DNA of 63,531 bases, filler included, from Octopus bimaculoides (Eukaryota): the NCBI RefSeq assembly GCF_001194135.2. It is 6 parts of 4 records of this genome, joined end to end, with 100 filler letters (N's around TTAATTAATTAA, not from the genome) between each part and the next. Parts side by side here need not be neighbours in the genome. Positions count along the whole stretch, not along the records: positions 36,186 to 53,036 come from NC_068983.1; 5 more parts are not named here. One strand, given 5' to 3'. A program made the position numbers and the translations under genes. The notes beneath the pieces are model-generated. The model did no database searches and was not told the DNA's origin. It saw only the letters and a list, made by a program, of their open reading frames with translations. The first letter of the stretch is position 1; every line of letters begins with the position of its first letter. Below are positions 38,694 to 51,559 of this stretch, in pieces.

Positions 38694-40494
38694 NNNNNNN
38701 NNNNNNNNNNNNNNNNNNNNNNNNNNNNNNNNNNNNNNNNNNNNNNNNNNNNNNNNNNNNNNNNNNNNNNNNNNNNNNNNNNNNNNNNNNNNNNNNNNNN
38801 NNNNNNNNNNNNNNNNNNNNNNNNNNNNNNNNNNNNNNNNNNNNNNNNNNNNNNNNNNNNNNNNNNNNNNNNNNNNNNNNNNNNNNNNNNNNNNNNNNNN
38901 NNNNNNNNNNNNNNNNNNNNNNNNNNNNNNNNNNNNNNNNNNNNNNNNNNNNNNNNNNNNNNNNNNNNNNNNNNNNNNNNNNNNNNNNNNNNNNNNNNNN
39001 NNNNNNNNNNNNNNNNNNNNNNNNNNNNNNNNNNNNNNNNNNNNNNNNNNNNNNNNNNNNNNNNNNNNNNNNNNNNNNNNNNNNNNNNNNNNNNNNNNNN
39101 NNNNNNNNNNNNNNNNNNNNNNNNNNNNNNNNNNNNNNNAAGGCCTATTTGGTTGTTATTTTTAGCACATCTCATTACCACCTCAATGTATAGAGTATAT
39201 TTGTCAGCACGTGCTTTCTCGCAGACAAAAGGGTTCTCATGCTTGAATTGTTAATATGGAAATAGGCATGAATGTGTCTGTGGCTTACGATTGGCTAAAA
39301 TTACCCAAAATTTGCAAACTTTAAAAGCCATTAACTCTTTATTTATCGATTTATGGCGAAAATGAATTTCATGGCATTAATTAGAATATAAAACTATATC
39401 ATTACACCGAATAGGACATCAATTGGAACAGAAATTGAAGAGATTGAAAACTGGCAACCAAACAAAAAAGACCTCACCCAACTGTTGTTCTCGAATCTAC
39501 AGAGGCCTGCTTGGAGAAGGTTGTTTCATCCTAATTCTTTTTGCTACAGTTAAACTTCCTTTGGCAATTTTAATGTATGAGATCACTTACCCCTCCGCCC
39601 TCACTTTCCTTTCCAAATGGAACCTTAAAAACCCTATGAGGGCTTAACCGTACAGGTAAGTTTCTTTCCTCAATCCGTTCAACCTCGTCTTCCACACAAC
39701 CTCTTTCACTATAGACAATAACAATAATTTCTTTTATTTACCACAGGTACATCAGATGAGGGTATTACAAGGAAAATTCACGACTGGGGAGAGCGGGTAC
39801 GAAAAAAAAAAAGATAAAGCGAAGAAAGAAAAAAAAGGGAGAATGAGGTAAAAAAAAAAAAATACATAGTATACACAAATATTTTACTTGAACAGGACTT
39901 GCATTTTATTTATAATTTTTGACACCGAAGGTATGAAAAACAAAGTTGATCCCATCGAGATTTGAACTCGTAAAACAGCGAGCTGGGACTAATTCATAGT
40001 AAACCCTATAACGACTCTGCCAACTCTCTGGAGTTAAGTAGGCATGATAGATTCACTGCCTCTTTACAGGTAAGCTAGAGCAACAAGCAACAAGCAACAA
40101 CCATGCTTTATCCAGATAAGATAGAGGACATCGAGTCCTATATATATATAACCAGGTTAAAAAATATATTTAAACAACTGCTTTTGTTCAGTGACAAAAG
40201 CAAGGTAAAGACTCGCCTAAAGAATAGAAAAGAAATGAAAAAAAAAAAGAAGAAAAAAAACTTTCAGTGCGATATCTGTTGCCAGTTAGGCAGACACCCT
40301 TGACGACCTCTGTACCCAGATAAGATATAGAAGAAAGGAAATACTGTGGACATTTCTATAGTCAGGAGCAGGTAGTTAGACATCGACGTAAGAGATAGTC
40401 GAATGAAAATTAAAAAAAAAAAAACTTTCAAAGCAGATGATACAGAACCATACGCTGTGTACACAACGTACACTTAACTGGTGACACGGATCAT

Positions 40495-40526
40495 AGTAGT
40501 GGTAGCAGCAGTAGCAGTGACAATAA

Positions 40527-40583
<57 letters not shown>

Positions 40584-40746
40584 AAGTAGTAGTAGTAGTA
40601 GTAGTAGTTGTTGTTGTTGAGTTGTTTTTGGTCGTGATTAGCCTAGATCGAGCTGACCTATGATCAGTGTAACGAGGATAGTGTCCTTGATCATCATCAT
40701 CATCATCATCATTATCAATCATCATCATCATCATCATCAACATCTA

Positions 40747-40799
<53 letters not shown>

Positions 40800-40881
40800 A
40801 TCATCAACATCTTCATCATCATTATCATCATCATCATCATCAATCATCATCATCATCATCATCATTATCAACCATCATCAA

Positions 40882-40915
<34 letters not shown>

Positions 40916-41150
40916 GCCAACATCTTCATCATCCTCATCGTTGTCGTCGTCGTCGTCATTATCATCTCTTCATCATCTTCCTCGTCGTCTCTTTGCCATC
41001 ATCATTATCGTTATCGTCGTCGTCATCATTATCATCATCATCATCATCATTATAATCTTCGTCGTCGTCGCCGCTGTCGCCAAGACCACCAACACCACTA
41101 AAATCACCACCGTCACCATCACCGTCAGTAGCAGTACCACCAAGATTAAT
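40495..41150. repeat. Compound trinucleotide microsatellite (GTA)n-(GTT)n..(CAT)n-(CGT)n
   Basis: Directly visible; source of the polyH/T/V/I pseudo-ORFs. Confidence 0.95.
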
Positions 41151-41439
41151 GAAATGCGGTAAAATAAAAATAGGTAAAGTTGGAGTTAGCTATTTTCATA
41201 GACGATACAATTTCAATTCCTGATTTAAACCATTTGAAAACCATTTTCCATCTTTTAGGCAATTATGTTAATTAAGAAAGAAATGAATACCCTAGCCTCG
41301 CACCGTCACACATTTTCACAACAGTCATAGGTTTGCAAGGAATCTACCATTGTATAAAAGTAATTGTCTTTAAAAAAAAAATGAAAGTAAATTGTGATAG
41401 AAACCGGAAGTTATAACAGTGACATCCTAAAATTTCATT

Positions 41440-41780
41440 TAAACCAGTGGTTCCTAACTGGGGTTCATATGGCTCCCGAGGGTCCATACAAGATTTTTAA
41501 AGGTCCACATAACAAAACAGTAAATTGGGGATCCACAATAGTATTTTAAGGCCCCTGAAACAATTTCGCTATAGATGTATGTATTGGTATGCATTGTAAG
41601 AAACATTTTTCATGGTTCAACCTACACAAATTAATGCGAGAAAAACAAAATAAGAATTTTAATATAAGTTTCTTTAAAACTAGTTTTTAAACATCGAATG
41701 GCTATGGGGGTCCACCAGGATAAAATAGTAATGAAAGGGGTCCATAGATAAATTTAAAAAAATTGTTGAGAACCCCTAAC
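41440..41780. mobile_element. Non-autonomous DNA element, hAT-like termini
   Basis: Starts cagtggttcctaac and ends gttgagaacccct. A partial second copy lies at 42470-42600. Confidence 0.45.
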
Positions 41781-41972
41781 TTAAACAATGTATGTAACAT
41801 GGCCAAGATATTAAACGTACATATATTCCATATGATATGGAAACCACTTTTTACGGTTATCTCTACAGATTTTCTATAGAATTATAGCCAGCACTGATTT
41901 GTTACAACGTTTCTTATCCGAATACTTCTATTATAAACTATGCGATCTAAGATGGAAAAATAGTTAATGGGT

Positions 41973-42016
41973 GTATGTACATATTTCAGAAGTCCTTGCT
42001 CCTTCTTCAGCACCAC
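41973..42016 (-). ncRNA. Minimal type I hammerhead ribozyme motif
   Basis: GUG-CUGAAGA-AGGAG(caagga)CUUCU-GAAAUAU-GUA-CAU. Stem III region AUAUGU is one change from the palindrome ACAUGU. Confidence 0.55.
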
Positions 42017-42699
42017 ATCCAACCTATTGACCATCCACGAACTCATTGCTTAAGTAGCTACTAAATATAGGGGTGTAACACGATTAGATATACCAATTTT
42101 ACATTTTAAACACATTCATGGCAGCTGGTGCATACATAGTAATGACTTGTAGGGACATTGTATTTCGTTATGTAACCATAATATGCTATAAAGTATGTTA
42201 AACGCTTTATACGCCAATACTGTGTCCTACTGTGTTAGCAGTGCTATTAAATCACTTTTTATGGTTATCTCTACAGATTTTTCTATAGCAATTTTAGCCA
42301 GCACTGATTTGTTACGACTTTTCGTATCCGAATACGTCAAATGTAAACAATGAAGTCAAAGGTGGAAAAATAAGTAATGGGTGTACATACATATTTCAGC
42401 ATCATATTCAACTCATTAACCACCCATGAACTCGTTGCTTAAAGAGCTACCAAGTATAATGTACATAGAGTAAATTGGGGATCCTGAAAGAATTTTGCTT
42501 TAGATGTATGTATTGGTATGTATTGCAAGAAACATTTGACGTGGTTCAACCTACACAAATTAATGCGAGAAAAACAAAATAGGAATTTTTAAATAAGTTG
42601 ACAACAATCGCATTTACGAGAAAATTTAAAAGTCATTGATGCAACATTCATTGATGTACATTGATGCACATTAATGAATAGTTTGTCATGTTCTCTAAA

Positions 42700-43260
42700 T
42701 TTGAGAGAACAAGAAGTGATATAAATCACTTCTTCATGCGATATAAATAAATCATCACTTATCTCACATTGTCGCCTAAGTACTTCTTGGCGAGCATCCA
42801 TTGTCCTTCTATAGTTTATGCATGGATGCTGTCATAGTTTGGATCAACGAAATTGAATGAATGCTTGACTACATCATGAGTATAGAAGTTACTGTGAACC
42901 ACTTAGGAAGCCCACTCATCGGATATTAAACGTGTCTTATGAAATTCTAGCATGCCACTGTCGTCACTGCCAGTTTCTGTCGCAATTTACTTTCACTTTT
43001 TTACAACGATAAACTGCATGTTAACCGGATTCGTATCTTGATAATAATTCTCTTCAAGTGTGAAGGATTTGTCAGATGTTTACGACACTAACATGAGTAA
43101 CAATTAAATCATTTCAAAATGGCAGGTAATATTTGAAAGAGAACTGACAGCTAATTTTAGAAGAAGTTGTTCTCATTTCTTCAGCTAGGACACCACTCAT
43201 TTTGTCCAAATCCGCTCTAACTCCTACAAGAATGTACAAGCACACAAAAACAGGACAGCT
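42700..43260 (-). pseudogene. Merlin / ISXO2-like (IS1595-type DDE) transposase remnant
   Basis: LISDEWAS, VVKHSFNFVDP and H.*TIEGQWMLAKKYL match the ISD.W..Y / VNHS..FVDP / HTQ.IE..W motifs. Confidence 0.7.
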
Positions 43261-43809
43261 GACAAGTACAGTGTGTCCTCACAGCACGCTCCCCAACTCT
43301 CATGCGATTCGGCATAGCATGTAGTCCTTCAATTGCTCCTTTTACGTGCGTGTCATACGTCAGCACGATCAAAGTTGACCTGGAATATACGTCAACAACT
43401 ACACCTGTCAATTCAAATTTATGTCGTTTCTCTTTTTTAAGCAGCTATTTTATAGTTGTTCTCAAAGTTTCAACAACAGTCAGGATAACTTGAACAGTTA
43501 TACCGTAGTATCTTTATTTTACCAAAGCAAATCTCGGTTTTCGTATATTTTTCTTTGTTTCTATTTGCTTTGTTTTTCCAGTTACCCATTTTTATTCTAC
43601 TTGAACTCACTTCAAATATGAAAAAAAGTGTATGGTTTTACAGTTTGCTTCTGTTCTTTATCATTATCGTAATCAGTTTCCATGTCTCTTTTACATGGTC
43701 AGTTTTCACCGAAAATTTCCTTATAGGATTTCCTTTAAACCTGGTTTTCAAATACAGCTTCCGGTTTGTATTTACTTTTAAAAAGAAAGGGATAGAAAAC
43801 ATTTACTTA

Positions 43810-43829
43810 TTCTCACACACACACACTTT

Positions 43830-43871
<42 letters not shown>

Positions 43872-43953
43872 CGCATATAGCCCGGTGCTATATAATTTTA
43901 AAATTTTTGTTGATATATTATCACACATTCAGGCGTACACACACGCACGCACG

Positions 43954-44039
<86 letters not shown>

Positions 44040-44040
44040 C
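43810..44040. repeat. (CA)n microsatellites
   Basis: Directly visible. Confidence 0.95.
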
Positions 44041-45357
44041 ACTATATGATTGACGCTTTTATCTACACTACCACAGAGTCGACACTAACTTATCTCGCCA
44101 GGTTTTGTCAATTCTTTCTCTAATAAAATTAACCCACTTTGATAAGAGTTTGTGCTTCAAACAGCCTACTGATCTTTTATTGCTATATCCTCTGATTTAC
44201 CTGATAAACTGCGAGCCAACGTGGGAGCTTCTATGTGGTTACTCCACCCGCAAGAATTAGCAGCCAAATCTTCTTAAAGTCACTCTATATAGTCATTAAA
44301 ATAATGGAGGGTACATTAGATGATAAATCAGCATAAGAAGAAATAAATTATAAGATGATCACGGTAATAATGCTTTCATAAAAAATCTACATAATCAAGC
44401 TTGACTTAGAGCAAAACAACAACAACATCCGGCTAAATTGCTTGTGGAACAATTTCTTTTTTCTCTGTAAAAGTTTCTCTTAGATTATTAAAGTATTTCG
44501 TTCTTTCCTGTTCATAAAGGTAAGTTTGAGATTGTCAATAAACATTATGTTTGATTCTTTGGTGACATTTACTTAAGGTGTGCGAGATTAATGTATTCAC
44601 AAAAGAATTTTGACGGAAATTTTAGAAAATAAATGACATCATATAGTTTGAAGTCATATATTACGGAGGCTCTGGAATGCATCATCTATGATATTACTGG
44701 AGTCTGGTGGGGAGTAGTCATTCGGAATCAGGGCCCCTTCAACCATATAACCCAACCGCGTTTGATCAAACTCCAACTTGCATCCCAACATCAGCAGGAA
44801 GCCGCTGGTGTACCCTCTATATTAAAACCTTCTCGGCAGATTCGGTGATGGAATCTATGAACCTTCCACAAAACCTCTGGCAGCCTACTAGCTTGTAACG
44901 TTACCACCAATTAATACAATTAATTTAAACATATTTAGTGTAGCTACAATGGAGTCTCGGGTTAAAACACCAAGCTAAAGAGAGAAAGAGAACGAGTACG
45001 TCATCAACATGTTCATGATTTTGAATATTGTTAGGGCCATTTTCTGACAAAACCAGTATATCAAAACTAAATACTTCTCGTAACAGAATATGCTTAGATA
45101 TAGTTATTATTATGTTGGTAATTGATAATGTACAACGTTTATTGTTTCGGAATAGTTATATTAGATATATACAATGTTCGTTGCTTACATGTTTATGAAC
45201 TATAGTTAAATCCGGTATCTGATAAATGAAGGCCTTATCTTCTGGGACATGGGGGTGGGAATCGAAAACTCAGCATGAGATATTGCACAAATAATAGTGA
45301 TTGGATTCGGTGGGGGGGGGGGATCCTCGAGCAAAAAGAAAACTGTGATAGAAGTCA

Positions 45358-45756
45358 GAACACAAAACGCTGAGTTACTTACCTTGAGAAAAACTCTCTG
45401 AAGGACTCATGGTGCATAAAAGCTCTCGAAATTATATCGTTGACAGACAAGAAGCATCTGCTACGACTGCTGGAACTGCTAGATCACATGATTTCACTCT
45501 GCTGTGGGTTCCTCAGTGAGAGATGTTCAGTACCGCAACATCAGTCGAATCCTCAGTCAACGATATATAGAATCTCAGTGTCTATTCAGGCACTGATGTT
45601 GCCGATAGCCAGAGGCTTATTAAAAGAATAATTAATAGCGAATGCCACCGTATCAGACGATTCTCGTCTGGCAATGATATAATTTCGAGTGCTTTTATCG
45701 ACCACGAGTCCTTATTAGAGTTTCTCTCAAAGTAAATATCGCAGTATTCTGTGTTC
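45358..45756. repeat. ~400-bp imperfect palindrome (fold-back element)
   Basis: Arm 45358-45468 is an inverted match to 45646-45756. Inner perfect 11-bp arms GCAACATCAGT / ACTGATGTTGC. Confidence 0.75.
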
Positions 45757-46037
45757 CAATACAACCTTCACGTTAATTTGGAGATCAAGATTACTTTCGG
45801 TATTAATACTGCTTCTGTTGTTAGCAAACATTTTTTTGTGATAGAAGTTGATTAGGTGAATTGAAAAATGTGCGATTAAAAAATAAAAGAGTGGATAGGG
45901 AAGTGGTAGGTAAATCAGAAGAGGGTTTTAAAAGGAATTTGCAGCCTCAACTTCCTTTTCAACTGAAACTTGAAAAAAAAAAAAATCGATGAGGCTGGAA
46001 CAAAGAATAAAGTGTCTGTATTTTTCCTATATTTAAA

Positions 46038-46235
46038 GATGGCGAGAAGACAGAATCGTTAGCATGCCAGACAAAAATTCTTAGTAGCATTTCGTCCGTC
46101 TGAGTTCAAATTCCGCCGATGCCGTCTTTACTTTTCATCCTTTTGGGGTCGATAAAATAAGTACTAGTTACGCACTGGGTCGGTGTAATGGACTAGCTGC
46201 CTCCCCACAAGATTTCAAGCTTTGTATTTATACTA
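46038..46235 (+). mobile_element. SINE family B
   Basis: gatggcgag..cagaatcgttagc..gagttcaaattccgcc..ggggtcgataaaataagtac. Confidence 0.8.
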
Positions 46236-46439
46236 GAAATAATTATTTTCTATATTTATGAAATATAAATTGGAACAAACAATAACGCGTATACTTTTGG
46301 TCTTTCTAGAACTTTCATGAGTCAGAATTTATTATTTCTGCCATCTACCATGTACGGTTTCGATCCCTTGTGATCGGTCTCTCTATTAGAAGAATGCAAT
46401 TGTAAAATTTCTTATCGTCTTACAAGAGGATGACAAAAT

Positions 46440-46638
46440 GTCCCTGGCTTTAAGGTTGTTGCGAAAGGCCTGACTGGAGGCTCAACCTTCCGAGTTTTTT
46501 ACTGGTCTTAGAAAAACTGAAGGACCGCTGCAAAAGTGTGTGGATTTGGGAGGGGAATATGTTGAATAAAATAATAATTAACTGATCCCCCTGTATTTTC
46601 TTTTACCCAAAGACAGGAACTTTTCAGCACCCCCTCAT
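46440..46638 (+). mobile_element. Mariner 3' end
   Basis: EAQPSEFF..KCVDLGGEYVE* plus TIR-like ggaacttttcagcaccccctcata. Confidence 0.7.
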
Positions 46639-47803
46639 ACATTTTGCGATATTGATACTTTTTTATCTTTCTTTATAAGAGTATCAAACAGTTCACTTCA
46701 CGTTGTTTGTCTTGACTGCCTCCGCACTGAATTAAAATCTTGCCAATGTAAAGTTTTTGTATTTCCTCCTTGTCGATAAAAGAAAAGGTTAGTTTAAGAC
46801 AGCGGAATGGCGGAATTGTAATCACGTTGGACCGGTTGCTTTGCAGTATATGTCTCAGCTCTTTGTGTTTTGAGTTCAAATCCTGAAATTGCACAGGCTG
46901 GTTGATTTAACCCATCACTAGGCTTAAGATCAACATCTAGAACCTTACGTGTCTTAAACAGAATCCAGTCTAAAGCAAGTTTCCGAGTTAAGGATACCTT
47001 CTTCCTTCCCTCTTACCAGGCAGCCCCGTAACTGGTCATGGACACTGCCTTCCTTCGTGGTGTGCTTCTTAATAGCCGGTAGTAGTAATATGATAGGTGT
47101 AGGCCAGTAGTTCTCAAACTGGGGTCAGCGGTACCCTAGGAAACCGCGAAGTGATTTTAGGGGGACCACGAATGGACGCTGAAGTATCGTGAAAACGATG
47201 TGGCTTAAGACTGTTAAGTTTTAAAATTTCAAGCCTTTCAATTTTTCTCATACTATCATCCTTTTTTGTTGTTGGCCTCAAAATCTCACGTCACTCCTAC
47301 ACACTCATTTGCTAATCACACTTGTACAACAGGTGTGATTGGCCGATAAAAACTTTCCTGTTCATAACAAACCGCAAGCGTGTAAACCTACGGAAAAGCT
47401 AGTAATAAATAATGTGAAACTTGTAAACTTTACGACTTCAACAGTTATACTAATCCCACAATTACGACCTTTATACACCAGCTCAACATGCACGAGCAGT
47501 AGGTGACACTTGCAATGCTCTACATCACACAATGCAAAATTAAATTGGATAGGAAAACATTAGTGGACAACACTTCTATACTCCACAGAATTCTTCTCAA
47601 AAATATATGAATAATGATAGAAACAATGCAAATAACATAGCAGAATGTTAAATTAACTACATCTACACTAGTCACAGACAATAAGAAAATTTCGAGTGAT
47701 GTCAAGTAAACCTTACGGTCAAAATTCAACTTCCTGCTGTAATGTAAACACCAATCACATTGACTTTAAATACTATCAAAAGTTAGCAACATACTTCAAT
47801 ATA

Positions 47804-48427
47804 AGGCGCAGGAGTGGCTGTGTGGTAAGTAGCTTGCTTACCAACCACGTGGTTCTGGGTTCAGTCCCACTGCGTGGCATCTTGGGCAAGTGTCTTCTAC
47901 TATAGCCTCGGGCCGACCAAAGCCTTGTGAGTGGATTTGGTAGACGGAAATTGAAAGAAGCCTGTCGTATATATGTATATATATATATATATGTATATGT
48001 ATATNNNNNNNNNNNNNNNNNNNNNNNNNNNNNNNNNNNNNNNNNNNNNNNNNNNNNNNNNNNNNNNNNNNNNNNNNNNNNNNNNNNNNNNNNNNNNNNN
48101 NNNNNNNNNNNNNNNNNNNNNNNNNNNNNNNNNNNNNNNNNNNNNNNNNNNNNNNNNNNNNNNNNNNNNNNNNNNNNNNNNNNNNNTATATATATCTGTG
48201 TGTGTGTGTGTGTGTTTTTGTGTCTGTGTTTGTTCCCCTAGCATTGCTTGACAACCGATGCTGGTGTGTTTATGTCCCCGTCACTTAGCGGTTTGGCAAA
48301 AGAGTCCGATAGAATAAGTACTAGGCTTACAAAGAATAAGTCCTGGGGTTGATTTGCTTGACTAAAGGCAGTGCTCCAGCATGGCCGCAGTCAAATGACT
48401 GAAACAAGTAAAAGAGTAAAAAGAGTA
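47804..48427 (+). mobile_element. Full-length SINE family A with internal microsatellite and gap
   Basis: tRNA-like head (tggctgtgtggtaag; gggttcagtccc), internal (TA)/(TG)n, tail atgactgaaacaagtaaaagagta. Confidence 0.88.
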
Positions 48428-49103
48428 TTACTTCATTCTTAAGATGAGACGAACGTGAGATGAAAGCCAAGAAATGTTGCTGTTGAAAGGTTTTTTTGTT
48501 TCATATAAGCTGCAAGGAACTCATTTGAAAATATTAAAAAGAAAGAGATAAAATAGATAACTGTTGTGTTTTCAATACAAGATGTCTGTGAGTGCATGTG
48601 TGTATATCTGTGTATGTATTTGTGTCTAAATCTTTCAGCTTATATTTGTGAACGCGTGATCATGACGAGAACGAGACTCCTTGTTTATGAAACGCATGAT
48701 AAAGAGATATAGGAAAATACAGAGAGTAAGAGAGAGAGAGAGTGGGTGGGAATATGACTGTGTATGAGTATCCGTGTGAATATTCGTGTGTGTTATAGTG
48801 TTTGTACTTCTGTCTATGTAAACATATCAAGACACAAAAGTTTCATTCCCGAGTCAGCGTGTGTCTAATAATATTTTTCTTTATGTGAGTATGTATGTGT
48901 ATTAGTGTTTGAGCGTCCATGTATACATATATACATAGATACATAGATACATAGATACATACATACATACATACATACATACATACAAGCATATATAGAC
49001 ATATATATGTATGTACGTATACATGTTTGTATGTATATGGGAATGTTATATGAGTGTGTGACTGTATATACACGTATGTATACATACATATATTTATATA
49101 TAC

Positions 49104-49147
<44 letters not shown>

Positions 49148-49849
49148 NNNNNNNNNNACGCGACGCATCCATTTCCAAGTAAGTTTATCTTCACCTTTTT
49201 GATGCAACTCTTTACTCTATAATGTTTCCTTCCTCCATCCTCCTCTAATTCCCTTTTTTGCTCCTTCATCGTTTTCTATCTCTCTCTTTCCCCTCTTTCT
49301 CTTCTCTCTCTCTCTAGCGCCTATTTCTCTTTTCTCTCTCTCTCCCCTCTTTCTCTTTTTCTCTCTTTCTCTCATTGCTCACACGTGACCACCGTCCATC
49401 TTTCTTTTTCTCACGTGACCACCTTTCTGTTCCTGCATAAACGTTCAAAGGAACGGACGTGTTCTTTTCTCTCTCTCCTATCTTTTCTCTTTTGAAAAAA
49501 TGTTTCTCCCAGCGTTCACTATTTTCCTCTCGTTCTGGTCTAACGACCCTCCATGCTCATTTTCGTTCGGTTTCCTTGTATGTCTTCACTGCCATGTTTT
49601 TGTTCCCAACTTTGACCCTCCATAAATCTTAAATTTTATTTTAGAATTTATGGGAGCAACTGTCTTTGATGAATCGTATTGTCGTTGAATGCTCGAAATG
49701 AGGAGTAGATAGACAGTCGACAACTGATGAAGGGTTCTTTCTCTGTGCTTACTTGTCCAGTTTTCCATTTTTTCTCGTTGTTTACGTATTTCATGTTATT
49801 TGCACCGCTGGTGATGTCCTGTACCCATATATGCATGTATGTATATAAG

Positions 49850-49889
<40 letters not shown>

Positions 49890-50869
49890 NNNNNNNNNNN
49901 NNNNNNNNNNNNNNNNNNNNNNNNNNNNNNNNNNNNNNNNNNNNNNNNNNNNNNNNNNNNNNNNNNNNNNNNNNNNNNNNNNNNNNNNNNNNNNNNNNNN
50001 NNNNNNNNNNNNNNNNNNNNNNNNNNNNNNNNNNNNNNNNNNNNNNNNNNNNNNNNNNNNNNNNNNNNNNNNNNNNNNNNNNNNNNNNNNNNNNNNNNNN
50101 NNNNNNNNNNNNNNNNNNNNNNNNNNNNNNNNNNNNNNNNNNNNNNNNNNNNNNNNNNNNNNNNNNNNNNNNNNNNNNNNNNNNNNNNNNNNNNNNNNNN
50201 NNNNNNNNNNNNNNNNNNNNNNNNNNNNNNNNNNNNNNNNNNNNNNNNNNNNNNNNNNNNNNNNNNNNNNNNNNNNNNNNNNNNNNNNNNNNNNNNNNNN
50301 NNNNNNNNNNNNNNNNNNNNNNNNNNNNNNNNNNNNNNNNNNNNNNNNNNNNNNNNNNNNNNNNNNNNNNNNNNNNNNNNNNNNNNNNNNNNNNNNNNNN
50401 NNNNNNNNNNNNNNNNNNNNNNNNNNNNNNNNNNNNNNNNNNNNNNNNNNNNNNNNNNNNNNNNNNNNNNNNNNNNNNNNNNNNNNNNNNNNNNNNNNNN
50501 NNNNNNNNNNNNNNNNNNNNNNNNNNNNNNNNNNNNNNNNNNNNNNNNNNNNNNNNNNNNNNNNNNNNNNNNNNNNNNNNNNNNNNNNNNNNNNNNNNNN
50601 NNNNNNNNNNNNNNNNNNNNNNNNNNNNNNNNNNNNNNNNNNNNNNNNNNNNNNNNNNNNNNNNNNNNNNNNNNNNNNNNNNNNNNNNNNNNNNNNNNNN
50701 NNNNNNNNNNNNNNNNNNNNNNNNNNNNNNNNNNNNNNNNNNNNNNNNNNNNNNNNNNNNNNNNNNNNNNNNNNNNNNNNNNNNNNNNNNNNNNNNNNNN
50801 NNNNNNNNNNNNNNNNNNNNNNNNNNNNNNNNNNNNNNNNNNNNNNNNNNNNNNNNNNNNNNNNNNNNN

Positions 50870-51130
50870 CCTCGGAGGGTAACATTCTAGGTGCAATTCT
50901 ATGGTCAGTCATGACCGAAGGGGGTCTCACACAATGTAACCTCGCGGACATCGGTGGCGATTTTTTCTTCCTCCGTTTTTCCCTTCTTTGGACTTTCCTT
51001 GTTTCTGACGAAGAGCTCCGCTCGAAACGTCATATTCTCTCTCTTTCCTTTCCCGAGCGTCTAGTAACACAATCTGTACCACGTCCTCACGTTGTTTTTT
51101 TTTGTTGTTTTTTTTTTGTCCTTTTTCCTT
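50870..51130 (+). mobile_element. Penelope-like terminal repeat; a partial inverted copy lies at 52975-53036
   Basis: gtaacacaatctgtaccacgtcctcacgttg recurs reverse-complemented 2 kb away; contains a hammerhead core. Confidence 0.5.
51001..51035 (+). ncRNA. Ultra-minimal type I hammerhead motif (dimer type)
   Basis: GUUU-CUGACGA-A-GAGC(ucc)GCUC-GAAAC-GUC-AUAU. ACGU palindrome replaces stem III. Stem I has one mismatch. Confidence 0.5.
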
Positions 51131-51458
51131 TTTTGAACTTATATATATATATATATATATGGTTGTGTTTTGGGAGAGTCATTACGCCAGTAATAATAAC
51201 ACACGTAGAGGTTCAGTTCTACTTCTTTATTATTAATCAATTCATTAAATATCTAACCAGCCAACTAACTGATCGTTTGCTTAACGCGTTGGTTAAACAA
51301 TCGGTGATTTGTTAGTTCGTCAAAGTTCATTCGATGCTGTTCGCAGTCCTTTCACCGACCCCTGACTCTCTACTCACTCAAAGGGCTGCTTTCGTCTGTC
51401 TGAGAATTCTTTCTAAACCCTTCATTTATATATATGCAAACATACATACATACATACA

Positions 51459-51489
<31 letters not shown>

Positions 51490-51559
51490 CCCGTAAGCTA
51501 GAGGGTAACAACAGCATTGACAAGAAGACTAGTTCCTACTGGACCTGCGATAGATACGT

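Noticed and set aside
40474-41162. PolyHis/Thr/Ile ORFs, also 59484-59974
   Set aside because: They are pure trinucleotide microsatellite translations.
46345-46392. Minus-strand GACC..GGAUC-GAAACC-GUA hammerhead-like remnant
   Set aside because: The core is degraded (CUAAUAGA) and there is no stem I.
49660-49740. TTGATGA..CTCGAAATG and CTGATGAAGGG in a Penelope-like T-rich repeat
   Set aside because: Core pieces are present but I could not build consistent stems I and III.
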